Of a stretch of 64,000 nt of DNA, positions 39,501 through 51,352 are shown piece after piece. Position 1 is the first letter of the stretch, and the number at the start of each line of letters is the position of its first letter. The notes under the pieces are model-generated. The model was not told the DNA's origin, ran no database searches, and saw nothing but the letters and a program-made list of their open reading frames with translations. Source of the DNA: Azolla caroliniana (taxonomy: Eukaryota; Plantae; Polypodiophyta); assembly GCA_043228905.1 (NCBI GenBank), contig JBHGNT010000011.1, positions 12,338,001-12,402,000 on the forward strand. Direction: 5' to 3'. Made by a program: the position numbers and the translations under genes.

Positions 39501-42500
39501 ATTGGAGATGGTGAATGACCTTGTAAGGAAGCTAGTTGTGATTGAAACTGAAGCTGAGGAGAGGCATGCTGATATGACAAAGACGGCATCAGTGTCATTG
39601 GCGGCATTGTCAATGGACTTGTTTGAGTTAGCATAGTACGTGGTATTATCTGTTGTTGGTTAAGTGATACTAATGGTGGTGATATTGTTACTGGACATGT
39701 TTGAGGCTGCTGAGACATGGTTTGTTGTGGGTGAACATTATTTGTCTGGTGCCATGAATGTGGTTGAGAAGGTTCTATTTGGATCTTAAATTGTCCCTGT
39801 TGTGATAGAAGTAGTTGGTGTTGTAAGACTTTGGATGCATCCATTGCCATCATGTCTTGTAGGCCTAAATCATACATTTCTGTTTTAACCAGATTTGGTC
39901 TTTGCAAGTATAGCCATGACGAATCTCCACTCATGGTTTGGAAAGTGGGTGTTAGGTCCTGGCTGTAGCCATTCTCATCCCTATGCCATAAAGACCGCCT
40001 CATATTTTCATTTAGGTCAGAATCATCTCCTGAAATACAGGCATTGAAATACACTAGATTTCAATTGTTGTGTCTAAATGGTTTGCATAAGGATCTAAAT
40101 GATTACAAATTAAGGCATCATTTTGTTGAATTTAAATTATAATTAGGTTAAAGCATCTAACAAGACATCACAGAAATATGAAGCATTCATTGCCTTGATA
40201 TGTCTAATTTAATAATTACAAAAGCAAAATATGTATAAATGTGATAATGTAGTGGTAAAGCTTATGCTTGATAAAGTAACGGTTGTGGGTTTAGTGTGCT
40301 GTAAGTGTAAAGAATGGGTCTAATATTACATTTTTATGTCAAAAAAATCAATATATTGGGAGTGAGATCATTACATTGACAGTCAACTCCTAAAAATAGC
40401 TTTACATTTTGTAAAATTTCCTGAACTATATTAATTAAGGGTTGTAAAAAGGCAAACCATTACAATAATTAGAGTAGAAGCATATTGCAGACTTGAGATT
40501 TTACAAAGACACACCTTGATGAAATGGGCGCTTCGGCCCTAAGACAAATGAAGGACAAATGAAAAAGGGAGTGGATACAGGCTCAATCTCCCAAACTGAT
40601 ACTCGACGAGGCCGCTCACCAGCACTGGACTCGTCCCAGCCAACCTGCTCAAACACATGTAAATATGAACATTAGGTTAACACTGTAGCTTAATCTTAAA
40701 CCAATCTAATTTGCAAATGACAATTAACAATATCAATCACGATAGGATAAACTAAGAATTTTCACCCATTACATGATCTGCAAAGTTATATGAAAATGAG
40801 GATGCCTTTAAAATGCAAGGAAGTGGTAGCATTAGTCTACACTCATGATTTTGAGTACTAGATTTTGATGACTCTTAAGATTATCTGACATATCGAAATT
40901 GGAAGGGTGGATATTTCTTGGAAATTTTTGTCAACACCACGAAAGTGTGCTTATCGAGGAGATAGTTGAAAGCATTATTATAGCATTAGAAAATGACCTT
41001 TTAAAAACAATGCTGCTGGGACACATGTTTACAGATACCTCAAGATTACGCCACTTAGAACCTGGCCAACGTGTTGGATCTAGATCCCCAATCCCGGTTA
41101 TTGTCCCCATATACCTGTCCAAAATTATTAACATCACATCAATGCGCATGTAAGAAAAGATGTATAATGTATTTTTAATCTTGTTACCCACTTGTATATA
41201 CTCTTGACTCGTAGACCATTTTTTAAATTTAAGTTTTCTTCATTTCATTAAATATTTCTTACCTCCGAAGAGTGGACTCCTCAGTTTCATAGACCATACG
41301 GAATCGCATCCCGACAGAAATGTGAGTGAAGTAAACCGCCTTCCTATACTTCGACCACGGAATCACAAATTCTGACGGGCTTGTTCTGCAAAGTTTATGA
41401 TAACAAAAAAAACCCAATAAGAAAAGATAAAAGGGTTTTCAAACTCTATGGTCGATCTTTTATACAATGCACCTGAGTCCAAGATAGAGTATACATAGTA
41501 AGAGTTTCCATGATACAAACCTTGGATTGTAAAAGACTTGGAAGCGGCTATTAGTCGCGGCAGCATGGGCTGCCGCTGCAAGCACACCTATGTGCATGCT
41601 ATCACTTGAAAGAACAGAAGATGGTAAAACACTCGGTTGCCGACTATTGGCTCGCCGAATTCCAAGAAGAAGCTGCCCTTTATCATCCCTGTAGAATTAA
41701 TTTCCTTTTTTATATTTAATCCTGAGTTCAAAATGTATGCATTTGCTACTATTCCCTTTATTATCCCAGTAAAATTAAATTTCTTTTTCTTTTTTTGTTT
41801 TATTCATGAGCTAGAAATATATCCATTTCTTTCTATGGCCCCTTTATCATTTGTGTAGAATTAATTTTCCATTTTTGTGTTTTCCTTGTCATCAGAAATG
41901 TTCTACATATTTGTGGTATTTTCTCATAAATTCCTATTAGTTCATGCATGAAAAGAATTTGGATGTTGTTGCAATACATGATGACCCAGTGTCTGCGAAA
42001 AAAAGTGCAATTATTCACCAAAAACTCAGGTCAAATATTTGAACTTCGTTTTTAGGCAAATGTTCATAAACGAAAATATATTCTCATAATCTCGTACTAT
42101 TCTTTCATGAAATGGATTGTCCGTTGGAAATCATTATAATGAAGATTTTCAAAATCTGTAGTAGTTTCTCAAAAATCAATATTGATTCATGGATAAATAG
42201 AACTGGTTCATGCATTTTTGCATTTTTGACAAAAATCCTACAACATCAAATACTATTAATTCATGCATGAAAAGGAAACTTGGCCGATTAGTAAAGATAA
42301 AAATTATAAATTGAAACAGAAAAACAAGGCTTATAATAACATACATCTCATTTTACTACCTTATAAATAGAACAGAGTCCCCTGCCACGAGACGCTTATT
42401 ACTTACAAATACACTCCATCCAGTGGTAAGGAGATGCCTCTTAGGCTGACCTGAAAAGGAAAAGTCAAGTTGGGCAAATAATTACAGGTGAAGATAGCAT

Positions 42501-43837
42501 GCTGTCAGTGAGGTATGCAATATATATATACCTCTAAATATGTGCCGAAAAGTCCATTGATTACCATGTAAATCCTTGGTATGGAGCTCTTGTACCGGAG
42601 TTTGCTTGGTAAAGTCCTAATACACTTTTACATCATGTTTAGCAAAGACATGAAACAATCGAAGAAATTAATCAATACAACATGGAACAGCAAAAGGTTT
42701 ATTTTAGATGAAGGTGATGCATACAAGAGGGGGAAAGACTTTCTCGGCCGCTCGTCGTGGAACAGAGAAACCTCCATGAGTGCTGGTATCACTTGCAGTC
42801 AAGGTTTTACAAAAGAAATCAGTTGGTTGACTGCTGGTCTCAGTGCTCACATCTGATGGAAGAAACAGATCTTTCTCTCGCTACAGCCCAAAAGAGTGAA
42901 AAAGCTTGCAACAGTAAACAAATGCTTTTATCTACATTAACTAAACAAGTGTATATATGGATAGATATTCTCACATCATGCACAGGTTGTAATGTCATTT
43001 GAGCAAATACTTCATCCGTCTCGATATCAGCCTGCAAAATATAATGGAAAACATGAGAAGAATTGATTCACAAAATATTTTGGGCTCTTTATTTTGCAAC
43101 AGTGCTTTAGCAGAACAAGGAAACTCATTATGCAAGGGACACCAAAAAACCCCATTGAGTAGCTTAATCATCACCAATCACAAGAATGCATTTACTCAAA
43201 TGACAGGAGTTATCATAATCATCACCGATAACAAGAAGTTAAATGCTACAGTAGAACTCTCCTCCCCACTGAATAAATCTGAAGTGAGGTTGTGTGCTAT
43301 TAGTCCTATCTATCCAAATCCATGATTAATGCATATTAGATGGTTACATGTATGCTTATAAAAATTTTGGGTGTGGAAAAACATACATGTAGTGTAACAT
43401 TATGAAGTTGGCAAACCAGTTGAGATTGAATGTTGGGATAGTTTGGGATGTGCCCATCGACTTCTTTCAGAGTTGATGCCGCCACCTATTATTAGACAAT
43501 GAACACAAATTGTACCACAGTTTCCAAATCAACCAGAAAACAAAAACTCAAAGAAACAAAACTTGCAACTTTGAAAACCAATCCATATTAAACGAACACT
43601 AAAATGCAACATTAGATTGATGACTTCGAATGAACACGAACTAAAACTTCGAGATTCATGGAGAAACAAAACCAAAGTATGACCTAGGAATAGTAGCCAT
43701 ATATTTTATTAGTACCACTAACCTGCTCATTGTGACCTTGTGGAAAAATAAACTACAAGATTACCCACAGAGGGTAAAGAAACCCTTGGTCCTGCACATG
43801 CATGCCAGAGCTCTGAATTCACACTTTTAATTTCCCC
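36549..43837 (-). CDS. ARF: Class-A (activator-type, ARF6/8-like) auxin response factor with B3 DBD, ARF domain, Q/S/P-rich middle region and PB1; 5' end frameshifted in this assembly
   Basis: Exons on the - strand: 43837-43723, 43485-43387, 43031-42975, 42880-42725, 42616-42532, 42450-42360, 41688-41521, 41385-41263, 41114-41039, 40644-40515, 40029-38926, 38540-38299, 37441-37251, 36588-36549, all GT-AG. Motifs: [135 protein letters not shown]. Exon 1 is not cleanly identifiable. Confidence 0.93.
37302..37322 (-). promoter_or_regulatory. miR167 complementary site in the ARF PB1 exon
   Basis: The mRNA reads TAGATCATGCTGGCAGCTTGT. It pairs with miR167 (UGAAGCUGCCAGCAUGAUCUA) at positions 3-21 and lies at the same position as the ARF6/8 site. 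Confidence 0.7.
37920..38300. repeat. Three ~125-135-bp tandem copies at the 5' end of an ARF intron
   Basis: GATGTTTTACAATATCCATGTCATGCACTT...CAGAGTAAGTCTAACCT repeated three times. Confidence 0.92.
38625..38895. repeat. Degenerate 21-bp minisatellite in ARF intron 38541-38925
   Basis: About 12 CTAAATCTTAGACAAAAG...-type units. Confidence 0.85.
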
Positions 43838-44849
43838 CTGCCAAAAACGTTGTGAAGGTATGAGAATAAATATATGTGAATCTAAAACAAGAAATGTTTC
43901 AAATAAATACCCTCCAACTTGATGATGCCCTCTAAACCCTAACCGTGTAAGTGAAAGTGTCTATCAAATCCACCTCCATACCTAGCTATGGTTAAGCCAG
44001 GTTTAGGGCCTACCTATAATGGAAATCATTTCTTTAGTTACTTATCTTTGTTACACTCTCTCTATATCTAGTCCAGTAATGGGGTTAGTGTCATCATCCT
44101 ATCAGAGTATCCTCTGCATTGTCCCTCATTCATTGTCCTTTCATCGCAACCTATTTTGACAGTTCGGCCTTTAGAGATGTGAATATCATATTTCATTTCA
44201 ATTCTCTCTTAGGGTCCAAAACGATAGAACCCAAGTTGGGCCCTTGCCATGGACTCAGCCCTGAGCACACCCAAATACATACATAATATAGTCACGCACT
44301 TCATGCTTGTAAAACCATCAAGAATCGTTAACACATTGTAAAAAAGCTACCTCATGACCTAAGATGGTTATCATGGATCTTTAGGAAACCTAAAGTGCTT
44401 TTAATTTTTGGTTTCAGCATTAATAGCTTGAAAGTCTCCTATATGTATTTGTAACCATGATTTGTCTCATAAGACGATTTCTGCCAATAATAGATGTTAG
44501 TATAAGACGATTTCTGCCAATAATCCCTCTTCTTAGGAAGGAGAAACATACAGGATGGGCTTACCTCCTTCCATTAACATCTGACACTGTTGAAGAGCCG
44601 ATTCCGAAAAGATCAAATTTCTGTGATTAAGATACCCATTTTGGGGGATTGGGGGGCTTAAGGCCACTACTTAGGTGATTGCGTGCACTGAGTACAGGTC
44701 ATCAAGGGCACCGGAGAGATGATAATTAATTGGGCTTAAGCCCGCCACTCTCGGAGATTTGACATTAATTAGGGGATGAAGGCCAGTAATTAAGAGGTGA
44801 TTAAGCCCACCAAGGTCGAGATGAAACGCCCCTGGTGAGTGACTTAGAC

Positions 44850-44949
44850 NNNNNNNNNNNNNNNNNNNNNNNNNNNNNNNNNNNNNNNNNNNNNNNNNNN
44901 NNNNNNNNNNNNNNNNNNNNNNNNNNNNNNNNNNNNNNNNNNNNNNNNN
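44850..44949. other. Assembly gap (100 N)
   Basis: Run of N. Confidence 0.99.
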
Positions 44950-46739
44950 ACGCCTATCTTTTATACATCAATACGCTCTCCATGAAGCAATATCGATGGT
45001 CACTCAAGGCTCACGTATTCCATTCATGTGTGTATGCAAGTTTGGGCCACGTACTCTATATTATGTGGAGCTCTAGGGTAAAAGTCATATTGCATAGCTC
45101 ATGCGTCAAACAATGCATGTTTTATGAGTGTGTAGTGTCTACAAATCACATTAGTCATCTTGTTTTGTGCCATAAATATATGATTGAAGAAACACATAAA
45201 CACAACTTCAATCCACTGTCTCGTTTATGTGGATCCCAAATTTGGATATCCCTTTTATATATGTGTGTTCTCATACATGTATTTGCATGCATTTCGAAAT
45301 AGGCGATCTATTTATTTACAAACAAAAAAAAGGAGACAATCTATTGGTGTTGAGAACTTGAGTATTTGAAAAGTGATGGTGAAGAGTATATATTTCACCA
45401 TCAAGATTAGTTTTTGGCTTTCTTATTGAAAATGAGAAAATAGATTTGTTTGTCTACTTATGCACATTGGTCACCATGCATGAATTGGTTAAAGGTTTAT
45501 TTTCTATATATGTCAAGTCATAATGCATGAATAAAGTCACAAATAAGAGGGGATGCAGCATAGACTATAGTGTGCTATGCACATAAAATTTTGTTACGCT
45601 AGCCCTAAGTATTATAGCATATGAACTTATTTCATAAATTAATGGAGAAAAGGAGGTAAACTTACTTATTAAGAGCACAAATAAGATCTAAACTCAACCC
45701 CCATTCAAACATAGACATCTCTGATTGGAGGGCGATTGTGGATTACGCTCTATCAATGAGCATTGATTGTTCGAATTGCAATACAATGAAGTTGCATCTA
45801 TTTTATAACAAAAGATGAGCTTTCAAGTGGACCAAGATGAGGTTGCATGCAATGAACATACAATGGTGTGTTTTAATGTTATCTACTTTGAACCATGATT
45901 AATAATTGACACATATGCATTATAGTGTACGTAGAGTGGGCATATATCCATAATGTTCTTACTTTTGCATCATATGTCTATGTAATGAAATTTTCAAATG
46001 TATGCAAAAATGTGGTGGGGTCACGAGAAGAGGGCATTAAGTACATCTTCAATTGCAATAGAACAAAAGAACTATGTATAAAGTATTAAAGCTTTAATAA
46101 ACCTTGAACTATACAGCACGCTTGTAAAGTATGTATACGTTTACATTGTGTGTGTGTGTACCCATGAAGGAAAAGTAAGGCATGAACAATTGAATTGTCA
46201 AGATCTTGACTCCACAACATCTACATACATTTGTGCAAGATGAAAATGTGTGTTTGTTGTTGCTTGCATGAGCTTCTTCTTTTTAACTCAGTGAACGTGG
46301 ATAGCTCATCAATCAATCGATTTTGATATCCCATATATTTCTATTCACAAGTTTCAAGGGTAAGTACAAATTTCCAATGTTAACTTGTCTTTAAAAAGGT
46401 CAACAATTACGTAATTATGAAATTGTTCTATATTTTTAGCAACCTCAACATTTACCAACATTTCATGTGACTAAGTGATTGTCTTGTAAAATTGGAAAAT
46501 ATATGAAAATTTGGAAGTTATTGATAGATGCCTATCTTCTAAAATTATGTGACATAAACAATCTAATGTCCAAGCACATGTGAGTGTGAAGCTTAAATCT
46601 AGGGTTTGGAAGCAATGGTTGGAGTTTTAATGATGGGAACCTATGTTTGTAACTAAAATCATTATAGAAAATTGATCCCAAATTAATCAAATGATTCTCA
46701 AAACCCCTTTAATGCAATAGAAGGAACCAATATTATAGT

Positions 46740-47870
46740 TGCAACACTTGCGGAGTGCACCAGTCAGAGAGGTTGTTAAAACGGGAACGAAGTGGTTGCT
46801 TGATCCTTATCCTTCCATCGCTCACATGTGTGATATGATGTGGTTGTATGCAAAAAAACATGTTGCAAGATTATTATGGGATCCGGGGGGTTGGTTCTAG
46901 TCACACCTTGGGGGAACAGACCATAAAGGTTCCCTTCTTTCAGTATTTAGTGAAACTTGGAAGGTCATTATTGATGTCTTAGAATGTAACGGTGCCTGCG
47001 GCTCAAAAACATTGGACTAACTTGGGTGTTTCAACTTTGCATTTGAAAACCTACTGAAGATGGATCTAGTCATTCAAGGGGCCCACTAAATTTATTCTCT
47101 TTAGATGGCTATTAGTGCATGCAACATTACCAGTTGGCCATTCATTGAAAGGGAATGTAACACCCATTCTCAAGCAATGTGGCTTTTGTTATGCAGCTCA
47201 GGAGACTACCAAGCATGTCCTTTGGTCTTGTCCCTTGGCTCAACAAGTATGGAATAAAGTTCTTTCTTTATTCCTAACAATCAATGTTGGTTGCTTGTTC
47301 TCATGGGGATCGGCGATGTTATGCAGCTTAGGAGACTACCAAGCATGCCCTTTGGTCTTGTCCCTTGGCTCAACAAGTATAGAATAAAGTTCTTTCTTTA
47401 TTCCTAACAATCAATGTTGGATGTTTGTTCTCATGGGGATCGGCAATGTGGGGAGTTTTACATTCCAGCTTGATGCTATATGAGGAAGACGATGTTCACA
47501 AGGCCATGATGGTACATAATAGAAGATTGATATTAGTTAGTCCGTTTTAGCAACCTCAAAAGCATGTATGGTTTGTCCATGTCTAGAAAACAATGACTAC
47601 TATAACGTTATCGACATTATGGAAATGTAGATGTAGTTGACTTTATGATGCAACAAATCTTGGTCTCTTAGATGTACTACTCGAGATATGGGAGAAATTG
47701 TTGGCATTAGTATGTGGGTAGTATGATAATATGCATGGTTCTCTAGAAAATGTTAATAAGAGAAGAGAATGAAGAAGCTTTTTCACTTATGGAGAAAGTT
47801 GCCCCTCTTTGTAGTGTCAGATAAAGGGCCTCAATGGAATTATCGACTTCCATGGAATCTTTCTTGAATA
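46740..47870 (+). mobile_element. L1-type LINE ORF2 3' remnant with an internal ~128-bp tandem duplication
   Basis: zf-RVT-like CGFCYAAQETTKHVLWSCPLAQQVWNKV. ~47190-47318 is duplicated at ~47320-47448. Confidence 0.75.
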
Positions 47871-47924
47871 TCAATACACCATGGCAATGTACCTCATCAA
47901 GCTTCAACACCCCTTTATAAGTTG

Positions 47925-48700
47925 TTTTTGTATGTACCGGTTTTGGTGGTAATCAATGAGATGGTTGATGTGGAAAATGAAGCATATTTTCTAATTTAGG
48001 TAAGGATGAGTGATGACGTTGTTGGGGGCTGAAGCATATTTTCATGAGGAGATGAGGAGAGTAGATTCATTCTATTTTTGTATGTACAGGAATTTGGTGG
48101 TAATCGACAAGATGGTTAATGTGGAAAATGAAGCATAATTTTGTATTCTTGATAATGGATGAGTGTTGATGGTGTGGAGGTTAGAAGCATATTATTGAGA
48201 GTCGAGGAGAGTTGTTTTATTTGATCGAGTTCTTATCCTATCTTATGATTCTATAGTACAAGGACCTTAGGAATTGGGGTTGTCCTGTAGGTCTATTGGT
48301 GTAAATTTGTGATATGGTTGATGTAGAGAAAGTGAAGCAATTACTTTATTTTTGGATAAGGATGAGGGTAGATTGTGTGGGGGTAAGAAGCATTTATCTA
48401 TCATTAGAGGAGTGAGTTTTATTTGTTTTGGTTGTGCAGGTGCGTCGAGATGGTTGATGTGGACTTCATGAAGCATATTTTCTGTTTTTGATAAGGATGA
48501 GTGATGATGGTGTGGGGGCCGGAGCATATTCTCATGATGAGAGAACGAGACTAGACTCATTTTGTCTTTGTCTGTACAGGATTTTGGTTGTAACCAACGA
48601 GATGGTTGATATGGAAAATGAAGCATACTTTTCTATCTCTTAATAAGGATAAATGTTGATGGTGTGGAGGTTAGAAGCATATTCTTGAGGGCCGAGAAGG
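47925..48700. repeat. Degenerate ~150-bp tandem repeat, ~5 units
   Basis: GAGATGGTTGATGTGGAAAATGAAGCATA-like cores at ~47959, 48109, 48310, 48447 and 48599, each followed by GATAAGGATGAG and GAAGCATATT. Confidence 0.8.
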
Positions 48701-49149
48701 TGTGTTGTAGTTTATCTAATTATGGATAGATCTTCCCTTGAACGGATAGTCATTATTCCTTTTTAGATGAAGATGCAGGAGAGGGTCGGATTTGTATAGA
48801 TGTTCTGACATGAGGGATATGGGATACTTGTGGGCTAAACTATGGGGGCCCACCATGTTCTACATCAACGTGGTTCATCATACTTCATGTGATATTACTA
48901 GAGTTGCTGGAAGGAAACAAAGGTTAATTGTTATCATTATGGAGCTGGAGGAGATGGTCACATTTGAATGGATGATGACATATACGTTCTACGTTCAATA
49001 CATATAGGATGTCTAATGTCCTTCTTTTTTGTTTTTCATTCTCCTTTGTGGTTTTTCATAGGTCATCATGGCTAGAGCCATTGTAATGTTTTCGTCTTTC
49101 ATTCTACGTTGTAAGCTTTCGGATAGATAACTTCAAGTTGTAGCCTTCA

Positions 49150-50600
49150 GGCGTTTTTTGATACTACTGAAGAAAATCTTTAAGGATTTTATTTTTTATA
49201 GTTGCAATACCTTGATTCGTTGGATGTATTGTCATACTCGCTTTGTTGTGAGAAAATTGGCATTCTAAGAGTCGAGAACATGAAATAGTAGTTACATCCA
49301 AGAAGCATAAAATCTTGAAAAGAATCTTTGCTTGTTTGATCAATTCCATTCCTTGCAAATTATAATAGTGTTCAAATTGAGAAGTTGTAGTGACCGATTT
49401 GGTGGGAATTGAATATGTTTTGCATTATTACTCTAGTAGCGCATGTTGCATACAGAAAGAACCAAATATAAGTGTATAGCCCCAACATTAGCAGATATGA
49501 ATTGTTGCTTATCTTTAAAGTGTTTGGTGGTTGAAATCGAACATAATATCGTATCCACCAACTTATCATATTGGTGCAATTTGACGTTATATAACGTGTA
49601 ACGTTGGCATGCAAAACTCCTCTAGAGTTTGAATTTCTTTTGGTGAACCTTTATGTACTTTTCATACATTCAAGTTGATAGAGATAATTGGCGATAAAAC
49701 ATTCTTTTACTTTCGATGGAGAAAGAGCCATGACTTGCTTACAAGTTGCCTAACAAGTTGCAAAGTCAAGTTACATCGATCCTCTAAGTTTGTCAAGCTA
49801 AGAATGCAATGCACAATCATGGAACTTGACAAATATAGTAGGATGATCAAGGTGCGAATGATATTTCTACACCCTTATGATTCATGGCATGAGCTTTGTT
49901 GATTATATGTGGCCTCAATAATCTCATTCCCAACATGGGTCTTTGATGAAAACCCACATATTACAACCGTACAAGATTGTCAACTAAAACATCACAAAGG
50001 GTACTTTATTATTATGTCATTAATTGTCTTATCTCAACAATAGTGTTGAATTGCTTATGCACAACATAGTGGACTTTGTGATAGTGATCAACATGTAACT
50101 ACCACGATAGAATATGACATAAGATCAATATAATATATAAAATCTATGAGAAAGTCTGGTAATTGTACAATCTCGATAAAATCATATCAACATATTTTGT
50201 AGATAATTTCAGAAAAATGTGTGTGACTTTTGTTGGTCCTGAATTTAAATGAAATTGACAAGTCCATTGGGCATCAATACATTCTACAAGGAAATTAGGA
50301 ATAGACATGTTGCATGTGATTTAACTTCCCATGAGAAATATAATACGGAAACATGGTTTTCATCATTGTGTGACTCTATTCATTCTATTATTATATATGT
50401 ATGGAAAATGTGGGGTTACCTTTGAGCAACACTTTGATGGTTGGAGATTGAACAATTTGATAACATGTTAGAATGTCTACATACTAAATAGAACTATTTG
50501 TTTTTATACATCAATCACAACCATTTTTTCTGTTGGTTTATTTGATGATGGGGCCCTAACTGTTTGCATAACTAAGTGTCAGAGTTGTATACATTTGGAA
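49150..50600 (-). mobile_element. Possible decayed hAT transposase remnant
   Basis: KILCFLDVTTISCSR..FS resembles the hAT C-terminal dimerisation motif (LPVTTAS.ER.FS), and a decayed C-C-A-like patch lies near 50060. Weak evidence. Confidence 0.35.
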
Positions 50601-51352
50601 TTTGATTGCCCTTAATTTATAAAAAAGGCTTCACCATATTTTATTGATTTAAAATAGTTGTCACTTTTATGTTCGTGGACATAAAACAAACCACACTCTT
50701 ATGCCCAAAATTTATCATTCTTGAAGGATGTAATTTATGCTCTAGGAATTGGGAAACACATTACAAATTTATTCACGAGATTTGTATCCACAAGAAGTTA
50801 TATACTATTTGTTTGAGAGTAATAGAAGATGTTAGTTATTAAAGAACACATAAGTTTGTGGTACTATCCTTAACTCCTCTATGACTATTGTGCCTCCAAG
50901 AAAAATACGTTGTTCCATTATATCCGACTCCCATGTTTGTGCTCCATTGACAACAAAATCTTAGTAATCCATTTCTATGATGCATGCATAGATCTCCTCC
51001 TCCCCCCCACCCCCCCTCTCTCGTCACGCTCACATGGACATGTTGGAGCTCCCTAGCATTACGCCAAAAATAACTAAATCCAATATTATTACATACCTCA
51101 ACACATCATATCAGGACACCCACACATAAATGATGGTATCGTTGATTATTTTTTCACTCCCTTGCCATAACAATAGAAGGACAATCACCCTCCACATTCA
51201 TTGTCATGTTCTTGAAATTCAAAATGGATCTTTAAAAGGACAAGCTAGTGTAAGTTGTATTTACATACTTTGCCTATTAAGGAGATTTTGATAACCCTAA
51301 ATACAAAATGCCTTGCAATAGTTATGAATAAAATATCTTTGTCAACATGCTA

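Noticed and set aside
38888-40054. 388-aa Q-rich ORF as a stand-alone gene
   Set aside because: It is the ARF middle-region exon (40029-38926) with splice sites in phase with its neighbours.
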